Source: Candidatus Undinarchaeota archaeon (lineage in GTDB: Archaea > SpSt-1190 > JASMDC01). Taken from it: 64,000 bases of DNA. A program made the translations under genes and the position numbers. Of this stretch, positions 17,656 through 24,865 are shown piece after piece (within the stretch, counting starts at the first letter, position 1; each line of letters starts with the position of its first letter). The stretch spans positions 32,001-96,000 of the forward strand of contig CAZFHY010000005.1 of the NCBI GenBank assembly GCA_964519305.1. The letters are read 5' to 3'. The notes beneath the pieces are model-generated. The model saw only the letters and a program-made list of their open reading frames with translations, had not been told where the DNA came from and ran no database searches.

Positions 17656-17668
17656 ACGTACAGCCCGA

Positions 17669-18259
17669 TCAACACGACGGCATACGCTGGGCGGCAGCAT
17701 TACCCATGATGATGTTCGGTCTGCCTCCCGTGTAGTCGAAGGAGATGTACAACGTGGTACACTGGGGACCCATAGTGCCGCCGGAGTCATGGGCGTGGCA
17801 CTCTCCATCCTGGAGGTTCGTGTAGTCGTCGGCAATATTATCCGGCTCCGTCTGGGTCTGGATCTGGAATCCTAGGGTCTCGGCACCGTCGGCAGCTATC
17901 TTACCGGCCAGGCCGTTGGGCGGGTCACCGCCACCCTGATCGAACAGGTCGTCGTCGCAGGAAGTGGGCATAGGGATCGTGAAGCAGGTGAAATCCCTAC
18001 CCAGCCCCTTACCGCGTGCCACGCACTGCCGGATGGCCCGGTCAATATCATCCGCGCACCCGAAGGCCGGGTCCACAGCGTACTGCTCGGACTGGGGCAG
18101 TGAACGGAGGCAGAGCCACCGCTTCATCTGGAACGCGACGAAGGCCGCGATCGCTAGACCTGCAGTTGCGATAATGAGGTACTCGAGCGGGATGGCACCA
18201 CGCTCATCGCTGGCCATCCTCCTGAGAAGCAACTTCTTGTTCAATTTGTACTTTCTCAT
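17669..18259 (-). CDS. Type IV pilin, first gene of the operon (candidate major pilin)
   Basis: MRKYKLNKKLLLRRMASDERG/AIPLEYLIIATAGLAIAAFVAF; six Cys in the head domain. Confidence 0.8.
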   Translation of the reverse strand: MRKYKLNKKLLLRRMASDERGAIPLEYLIIATAGLAIAAFVAFQMKRWLCLRSLPQSEQYAVDPAFGCADDIDRAIRQCVARGKGLGRDFTCFTIPMPTSCDDDLFDQGGGDPPNGLAGKIAADGAETLGFQIQTQTEPDNIADDYTNLQDGECHAHDSGGTMGPQCTTLYISFDYTGGRPNIIMGNAAAQRMPSC

Positions 18260-18275
18260 ACGTATTTTAAGACAC

Positions 18276-18470
18276 GTATGCTTTTTATCTGTTACGTGAC
18301 ATCCTCCCAAGGCTATAGTCTTGGGCTTCCAGCAGCGGCCACACGTGTGTGTGGACGACCGCGTATAGTTCCTGCTTCCGCGACCTCACTTACCCCTGCC
18401 TCAGTAGCGGGAGTAGAGGTGTGATCTCCACAGGCGTAACTTCGGGCTCGTCCAGCCCTAGCTCTCCTAA
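18276..18470 (-). ncRNA. Predicted TnpB omegaRNA (reRNA) overlapping the tnpB 3' end and right end; guide is the flank 18295 to about 18276
   Basis: Position inferred from known TnpB biology; right-end hairpin visible; 5' boundary approximate. Confidence 0.55.
18281..18295 (-). promoter_or_regulatory. Putative BRE/TATA promoter of the pilin operon
   Basis: Minus strand GTAACAGATAAAAAG about 22-36 nt upstream of the ATG at 18259, consistent with a leaderless archaeal transcript. Confidence 0.45.
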
Positions 18471-19786
18471 GTATATTCCGTGCAGCGTTCACGTCCCGAT
18501 GCGCCTCGAATCCACAGTGCGGGCATCGATGAACACGAACGCTCAATCTCTTGGGGACTAAGTTCCCGCACCGACTGCACATCTGCGACGTGTTTCTCGG
18601 GTCCGCCTCGAACAGCTCCGCCCCGGCCGTTACAGCCTTGTAACGGAGCATTCTGATGAAGGTATCCCACGATGCGTCCTGTATGTGCTTGGCGAGACTG
18701 TGGTTCTTGAGCATGTTGGATTCATTGAGCTTTTCGACGGCTATGGTACCGTATCGGTCGACGAGCGCCCGACTCGTCCGATGTAGAAAATCACGCCTCT
18801 GGTCGGCGACATGAGCGTGATGTTGTGCGAGCCGGCGAACGGCGTTCCTCCGGTTCCGGAATCCCTTCTTCTTCCTAGATACCCTGCGCTGGAGCCGTTT
18901 CAACCGTTTCTCGCTCCTGAGCAGATGTCGCGGATTATCGATGACGGTGCCGTCGGACAGCGTAGCGAAGTGCTCGATACCTACATCGATACCGATCTCG
19001 ACATTGTTCGGTGTACCCACAACCTCATTGACCTCGCACGAGAAGCATGCGAACCACCGGCCGGCCCGGTCACGCTTGATGGTGAGCGTCTTGATCTTCC
19101 CCCGGGGTACGCGATGGAGAACGATTGGAATGTTGCCGATTCTGGAGACATGGAGCCGGGTCTCGCTCCTGAACCTGAATCCATATTGCGGGTAGGTGAT
19201 GCTTGTAACACGGTTCTTGACGCGAGGGAAGCCAACCTTCACCTGCTTACCCGCCTTCCTCTCCTTCACCCTCCGGAAGAAGTGTTGATACGCCTTGGCG
19301 AGCCTGTCGGCGACGTTCTGGAGCGCTTGTGAGTAGACGGCGTTGAACCTCGGCTCATTATCCTTGATCACCTTGATGATATGGCAGAGATCGGCCTTCC
19401 TATTGATTGAAGTGCAACTCGTCCTATACTCCTCCCGACACCGTCCTAGGAGAGTGTTATACATCTCCCGACAGAGCGAGAGATGATTGTCGAGCCTGAC
19501 TAGCTGCTTCCGGGAGGGATAAAGACGGTACTTAAACGTCCGCAGGATCGGACGAGCGTTCTGGAAAACGGACCGTGACATCTTTGCATGACTCAGATTT
19601 TCGGTGTCCTGCGTCACCTGCGCACACTCCCAAAGAATAGTAGATTGCGCTTCAACATAAACAAAGGGTGAGTGGCAGACCGGTATTCATGTGGTCCTTC
19701 TACCTGACTAGGTTAAACCACCCACGGGCGGATACTGCCTTCATCCCACTCACGAATGAAGGTGGGCTTTCTGCTCCAAAGCCGTT
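18296..19786 (-). mobile_element. IS200/IS605-family (IS1341-like, tnpB-only) insertion sequence
   Basis: Left end follows TTAC (19790-19787) with subterminal hairpin AAGCCCAC...GTGGG; right end has hairpin GAAGCCCAAG-ACTATAGC-CTTGGG and finishes GGATGTCAC at 18296; no intact tnpA. Confidence 0.85.
18313..19617 (-). CDS. tnpB: RNA-guided endonuclease TnpB
   Basis: RTFKYRLYPS N-terminal HTH; RuvC D (GIDVG), E (IAVEKL) and D (HRDVNAARNI); Zn finger CSRCG/CPHCG; start may be ATG 19581. Confidence 0.95.
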   Translation of the reverse strand: MTQDTENLSHAKMSRSVFQNARPILRTFKYRLYPSRKQLVRLDNHLSLCREMYNTLLGRCREEYRTSCTSINRKADLCHIIKVIKDNEPRFNAVYSQALQNVADRLAKAYQHFFRRVKERKAGKQVKVGFPRVKNRVTSITYPQYGFRFRSETRLHVSRIGNIPIVLHRVPRGKIKTLTIKRDRAGRWFACFSCEVNEVVGTPNNVEIGIDVGIEHFATLSDGTVIDNPRHLLRSEKRLKRLQRRVSRKKKGFRNRRNAVRRLAQHHAHVADQRRDFLHRTSRALVDRYGTIAVEKLNESNMLKNHSLAKHIQDASWDTFIRMLRYKAVTAGAELFEADPRNTSQMCSRCGNLVPKRLSVRVHRCPHCGFEAHRDVNAARNILRRARAGRARSYACGDHTSTPATEAGVSEVAEAGTIRGRPHTRVAAAGSPRL

Positions 19787-19961
19787 GTAAGGCGCTGCGC
19801 CCCGATCAATCGAAGGCGGGAGAGCTTATACTAGTGCAAAGGTCCGTGCCCAGCGCAGGATAGAGCTCTAGTGATGCGCTCAAGGGTTCGTGTCCTGACT
19901 GGGCGAGGGGGAAGAGTCCCCCGACTGCTCGGGGAGTTCGCCGATAGGTCGATCCGAACGC

Positions 19962-20354
19962 TCAGCCCTGGACGATGCTCTGCAGGGCCTCCATCATATC
20001 CAGGGGCGACACATAACCCAGCACGTCCCCGGACGAGGAGTCGCAGACGACGACGGCCGAAGGCCGCACGCGGCGGATGTCCTGGTCCACGTTCTTGATG
20101 TCTGTCTCAGGGTTGACCTTGACGACGTTCTCGTCCATGATGTCCTGTGCGGTGGCGACCGTGGGGTCCTTTGCCTCGACGACCGTCTTTGCGACGATGA
20201 TGTCCATCGTTATGGCACCCACGATTTCCTTACCGGCCCTCACGAGGGCGGTACCGTAGTAGCCCTGGAGCAGCCGCTTGGCCACCTGCTGCACGGTCTC
20301 GTCGGGTCCGACGATGATATATTCGTCATCCACCTTAAGGTCAGATACTAACAT
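19962..20354 (-). CDS. CBS domain protein
   Basis: Tandem CBS pair (VGPDETV...VGAITMDI; VNPETDI...LGYVSPLDM). Confidence 0.85.
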   Translation of the reverse strand: MLVSDLKVDDEYIIVGPDETVQQVAKRLLQGYYGTALVRAGKEIVGAITMDIIVAKTVVEAKDPTVATAQDIMDENVVKVNPETDIKNVDQDIRRVRPSAVVVCDSSSGDVLGYVSPLDMMEALQSIVQG

Positions 20355-20424
20355 AGCGCATCACTTACCAGCCGGCGATACACGTTGAGTTTTAAAAAAG
20401 TTTAGCATGGGATGCGGCCCGAAC

Positions 20425-20886
20425 TCAGATGGTCTGGTTGCGTCGCACCTCGTAGAGGATGATGGCCGCAAGCCCGATCTCCGAGAGGCCTTTGGTCGAC
20501 GGTAGATGGACGGACACACCGCTCTCGGCCTGGCCTTTGAGCCCGGGCGGATCAACGCCACTGAACACGAACATGACCTCTCCTTCGCCCTTGAGCTCAC
20601 CAGCAATTGCCTCCGTATCGATCTCTGTGCTCCCCTTCGTATGCTCGATGAGGTAGGCCTTGTCGGGACCGAAGAGGTTAACGGCCTCGAGGAGCTCGTC
20701 GACGACCATCACCGTTCGCCCCTCCGTCCATGCAAGATGCTGGACCTCTTTCACACCGCGTGTCTTGGCGTCGGTCATGGCTCGTGAGATTATGAGGATG
20801 TCCACGTTGAAAGCAAAGACCGTCTTTGCGAACTCCTCAAGCTTTCGGGCGTTGGCCACGTCATGGTAGACGACGATGAGGGTCAA
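20425..20886 (-). CDS. DUF2122 / COG4080 archaeal SPOUT-like protein
   Basis: 'VYHDVANARKLEEFAKTVF...GVKEV...VFSG...GL...IG..AIILY' pattern. Confidence 0.7.
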   Translation of the reverse strand: MTLIVVYHDVANARKLEEFAKTVFAFNVDILIISRAMTDAKTRGVKEVQHLAWTEGRTVMVVDELLEAVNLFGPDKAYLIEHTKGSTEIDTEAIAGELKGEGEVMFVFSGVDPPGLKGQAESGVSVHLPSTKGLSEIGLAAIILYEVRRNQTI

Positions 20887-20943
20887 TGACCATCCATGTG
20901 CTGCCCAAGGTATAAATCTTCATCAGTGAACGGAAGGATGTGT

Positions 20944-21840
20944 ATGGCGGAGGACGTGGAGAGGATATCGATCAAGCTCCTTTCTGCGGGCGAGTCCGCA
21001 CTGCGCGCCGTGAACGGGCTCAAGGGGACCGGTCGTGTGGTGGCCGTGTTCCGCCGGGCCGTGCACCTTGAACTGCCTCCTGCTCATCTGGCCGCTGTGT
21101 GCGTGCGGGATGTATCACCGGCCCCTCTCAACCTTGTGGCCGACCTCGATGACATGACGGACCTCAGTACTATCGTTGCCCTGGACGACACGGTGCGTCT
21201 GGAAGGGACATCGCTATTGGTCGGTGAGCTAAGGTTCGGATTGGAGAGTGCTCCGGTGTGGCGATCCCTTCCCCCTCCGTCGGCTATCGACTGGCAGGGC
21301 CTTCTGGGACGCGCGCACCACTGTGCGTCGGTGGCCGCGGGTGTGCGGGAGGGGCTCGGTCCCTTGACGTGCGCAATTATCAACGGGGAGAAGCCCGACG
21401 TGCTCGATACGCTCACCCGGACGGCCCATGGACCTGTCCTGCTCCTGAGGGAAGGGGTGCTGACCAAGGATACTACGCTCGTATGCCAGGGTGCCCGGCA
21501 GCTGGTCGGCCTAGGGCCGGGGCTCACACCATCGGGCGACGATCTGTTGGTGGGGATGCTGGCTGTTCTCTCGCTAGCTGGTGATACGTGGGTCGGCGAG
21601 GCCGTGGCACCCGCGGTTCGTGACACGCCCGATTTCTCCCGGGCCGTGCTACTGGAAGCGTGCAGAGGCGGATTCGCAGCGGACGTGGACGCGCTGGTAC
21701 GTGCGCTCCTCGCGGGCGAGACTGACGAAGTAGATGCCGCGTCGGGAGAGCTTCTTGAACAGGGGGCCACATCGGGCTCCGACCTCTGTGCGGGGGCCGC
21801 ACTCGGGGCCGTGCTCGCGGCGGCCCGCCATAACACATAA
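20944..21840 (+). CDS. allH: DUF2877 family protein (YlbF/AllH-like oxamate carbamoyltransferase subunit)
   Basis: 'LVGLGPGLTPSGDDLLVG' and 'GATSGSD' signatures; adjacent to fdrA. Confidence 0.8.
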   Translation: MAEDVERISIKLLSAGESALRAVNGLKGTGRVVAVFRRAVHLELPPAHLAAVCVRDVSPAPLNLVADLDDMTDLSTIVALDDTVRLEGTSLLVGELRFGLESAPVWRSLPPPSAIDWQGLLGRAHHCASVAAGVREGLGPLTCAIINGEKPDVLDTLTRTAHGPVLLLREGVLTKDTTLVCQGARQLVGLGPGLTPSGDDLLVGMLAVLSLAGDTWVGEAVAPAVRDTPDFSRAVLLEACRGGFAADVDALVRALLAGETDEVDAASGELLEQGATSGSDLCAGAALGAVLAAARHNT

Positions 21841-21878
21841 ATCATTTCAGCAGCTCCCCCCGACGTTCCGTGATCACC

Positions 21879-23456
21879 ATGGTCGTACGCGCTATCATCC
21901 AGAAGAACGCCTACCGCGATTCCGTGTTCCTAATGAACCTCTCCCGCCGTCTGGGGGAGATGGACGGGGTAGGGAAGGCACACGCCCTCATGGGCACACC
22001 AACTAACATCCGGCTGCTCAAAGAGGACGGCCTCCTTGTGCCCGAGCTGGAGGATGCAGGACCTAATGACCTTATCGTCGTTGTCGAGGCGGAGAGCGAC
22101 GACGTTGCGGACGCTGCCGTGAAGGCCGCGACAAGCACCGCAACGGCGCCCCGGGACGCAGGTGAACGAGCGTTCGCGTCCACCGTGGCCGCTCTGGAAG
22201 GATCTCCGGGCGCGAACCTTGCGCTCATCTCCATCCCCGGTCAATTTGTCCGCCGCGAGGCCATGCGTGTCCTGGACGAAGGACTGAACATATTCCTCTT
22301 CTCCGACAATGTATCTCTCGAGGACGAGGTCGCTCTCAAGCAACGGGCGAAGGAGAAAGGCCTTATCGTCATGGGCCCCGGCGCAGGGACGGCGATCGTC
22401 GGCGGTACCGCCGTCGCCTTCGCCAACAGCATCCGGCCCGGCCCTGTGGGGGTTGTTGGAGCGTCCGGTACCGGTATCCAGGAGATCACTGTCCAGCTCC
22501 ACCGCAGGGGCGGGGGCATCACTCATGCCATTGGGACGGGAGGTAGGGACCTCTATCGCGACGTGGGGGGCATCTCCTTCCTGACCGGGATGGACGCCCT
22601 CATCTCGGACAAGGACACCAGAGCGCTCGTGCTCGTGTCCAAGCCCGCCCATCCAGAGGTGGAGGCGCTGGTGCTCGAACGGGCAAAGGCAGCCAAAGCG
22701 GCCGGTAAGCCGGTCGTAGTCCACTTCATCGGCGGGGACCCTGCCGCTGTGGAGGATGCCGGGCTCGTGCCCGCAGCCACCCTGGAGGACGCGGCGGCCG
22801 CCGCCTTGGCCCTCCTCCGTGGTAAGGAGCCCTCACCCATCATATTCTCCGCTCCGCGAGATGAGATCCTGACCATGGCACGACAGGCCCAAGAGGGCCT
22901 AACCGATGGCCAGACCGATATCCGCGGCCTATACTCCGGTGGGACGCTGTGCGGCGAAACGCTCCTGGTTCTGGGGCCGGTCCTCGGCCCGGTCCGCTCC
23001 AATGCGACCAAGGACCCTGCACTCAAGATGACCGATCCCAATGTCAGCGAGGGTAATACCTGTGTGGACCTGGGCGAGGAGGAGTTCACCCAGGGACGCC
23101 CCCACCCCATGATAGACCATACGCTCCGCTGTCAACGCCTGGTGCAGGAAGCCCGCGATCCGGCCACGGCGGTCATACTCCTAGATGTCGTACTGGGGTA
23201 CGGTTCCTCCGAGGACCCGGCCGGCGCCCTCGTCCCTGCGATCCAAGATGCGAAAGCGATCGCCGCTGCCGAGGGACGGTCGCTGGTTATCGTTGCCTCT
23301 GTATGTGGTACCGACCTGGATCCCCAGGACCTGGACAATCAGGAGGCCACCCTCCGTGAGTCGGGTGTCGTGGTACTTCCCTCCAACGCACAGGCCGCGC
23401 GTATGGCAGCTCTAATCGTCACGCGCGGAGGGGCTGAGGACAAAATTTTCGGGTGA
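21879..23456 (+). CDS. fdrA: FdrA acyl-CoA-synthetase-like protein (AllF)
   Basis: 'NAYRDSVFLM', 'FSDNV', 'GASGTGIQE', 'GTGGRD', 'GLYSGGTL' and 'FTQGRPHPMID' motifs. Confidence 0.92.
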   Translation: MVVRAIIQKNAYRDSVFLMNLSRRLGEMDGVGKAHALMGTPTNIRLLKEDGLLVPELEDAGPNDLIVVVEAESDDVADAAVKAATSTATAPRDAGERAFASTVAALEGSPGANLALISIPGQFVRREAMRVLDEGLNIFLFSDNVSLEDEVALKQRAKEKGLIVMGPGAGTAIVGGTAVAFANSIRPGPVGVVGASGTGIQEITVQLHRRGGGITHAIGTGGRDLYRDVGGISFLTGMDALISDKDTRALVLVSKPAHPEVEALVLERAKAAKAAGKPVVVHFIGGDPAAVEDAGLVPAATLEDAAAAALALLRGKEPSPIIFSAPRDEILTMARQAQEGLTDGQTDIRGLYSGGTLCGETLLVLGPVLGPVRSNATKDPALKMTDPNVSEGNTCVDLGEEEFTQGRPHPMIDHTLRCQRLVQEARDPATAVILLDVVLGYGSSEDPAGALVPAIQDAKAIAAAEGRSLVIVASVCGTDLDPQDLDNQEATLRESGVVVLPSNAQAARMAALIVTRGGAEDKIFG

Positions 23457-24862
23457 TTCTAATGGACCTGCTGAACAATGACCTATCGGTGCTCAACATC
23501 GGCCTCAAAGGGTTCGCTTCGGACCTGAATGCCCAGGGAACTGCGGTCTCGCACGTTGACTGGCGCCCTCCCGCCGGGGGCGATCCTGCCCTCTTGGACG
23601 CGCTCGATGCGCTCCGGGGCGAGCAACTCGATGAAGCGAACCGCACGGCTGTGGAACGTCTTATGGCGGCTCAACCCACTCTCGTCGGTGTGGGGATCGC
23701 CCGGGACATCATCCCCGGGATGAACGACACCACCATCCTCCATGCGGGACCTCCCATCACATGGGACCGCATGTGCGGTCCGACACGCGGCGCCATCATG
23801 GGCGCGCTCGTGTACGAGGGGCTCGCCCAGGACTATGACGAGGCCGCACGGCTCGGTGCTTCAGGGGATATCACGTTCGATCCATGCCACCATCACAGTA
23901 CTGTTGGGCCCATGACGGGTGTCGTATCCCCCTCCATGCCCGTGTGGATCGTCGAGAACCGTGCAGAGGGCACGGGGAACCGGGCGTTCTGTACGCTCAA
24001 CGAGGGCCTGGGCAAGGTACTGCGTTTCGGCGCTTACGGCGATGATATCATCGCTCATCTCAAGTGGATGGAAGAAGTGCTGGGCCCAGGGCTAACAGAG
24101 ACCATGGAACTGGCGGAGCCCATAGACCTGGGCACGGTCATCTCCCAGGCACTCCAGATGGGTGACGAGTGCCACAATCGCAACAAGGCCGCGACTTCGC
24201 TACTGGTCCGCGCGCTCGCACCATCCCTCGCGGAGACTAATCTGCCCAAGTCCGACGTTGTGCGCATCCTACGGTTCATCGACTCGAACGACCATTTCTT
24301 CCTCAACATCTCCATGCCGGCATGCAAGTGCGCTACGGACGCGGCCCACGGTATCAAGGGTTCGTCTATGGTAACGGCGATGGCGAGGAACGGCACGGAC
24401 TTCGGCGTGCGCGTGTCCGGATGCGATGACGCCTGGTTCGTCGCTCCTGCCCCCGAGGTCAAGGGACTGTACTTCCCCGGCTACTCGGCCAAGGATGCAA
24501 ACCCTGACCTGGGCGACTCCACCATCACGGAGAGCGCTGGTATCGGAGGGTTCGCCATGGCCGCCGCTCCAGCCATAGTGCAGTTCGTGGGCGGTGTCGC
24601 CGAGGATTCACTGAGGTATACGCGGGAGATGCTCACTATCACTCTGGCCCAGAATCCAGATCACGCAATCCCGTCGCTGGACTTCGCCGGGAGCCCCACA
24701 GGCATCGACGTGTGCAAGGTAGTGGAGTCGGGCGTGGCGCCCTTCATCAACACAGGCATCGCGCATAAGGAACCCGGTATCGGCCAGGTAGGAGCCGGGA
24801 TCGTCCGCGCACCCATGGAGTGCTTCCATCAGGCGCTCAGGCATCTCGCAGGACGCGTATAG
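23453..24862 (+). CDS. allG: DUF1116 family protein (YlbE/AllG-like)
   Basis: 'LHAGPP', 'PCHHH..VGPM.G', 'NEGLGKVLRFGA', 'MGDECHNRN' and 'INTGIAH' motifs; start 23453 or 23462. Confidence 0.9.
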   Translation: MILMDLLNNDLSVLNIGLKGFASDLNAQGTAVSHVDWRPPAGGDPALLDALDALRGEQLDEANRTAVERLMAAQPTLVGVGIARDIIPGMNDTTILHAGPPITWDRMCGPTRGAIMGALVYEGLAQDYDEAARLGASGDITFDPCHHHSTVGPMTGVVSPSMPVWIVENRAEGTGNRAFCTLNEGLGKVLRFGAYGDDIIAHLKWMEEVLGPGLTETMELAEPIDLGTVISQALQMGDECHNRNKAATSLLVRALAPSLAETNLPKSDVVRILRFIDSNDHFFLNISMPACKCATDAAHGIKGSSMVTAMARNGTDFGVRVSGCDDAWFVAPAPEVKGLYFPGYSAKDANPDLGDSTITESAGIGGFAMAAAPAIVQFVGGVAEDSLRYTREMLTITLAQNPDHAIPSLDFAGSPTGIDVCKVVESGVAPFINTGIAHKEPGIGQVGAGIVRAPMECFHQALRHLAGRV

Positions 24863-24865
24863 GTC

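Noticed and set aside
18313-19617. TnpB as Cas12f or as a nuclease-dead TldR
   Set aside because: No CRISPR array; IS ends are present; all three RuvC catalytic residues are intact
19670-19712. Possible tnpA remnant on the + strand ('IHVVLLP', HUH-like, after a frameshift)
   Set aside because: Only a few codons of resemblance; could be chance. No intact tnpA fits in the ~170 nt available
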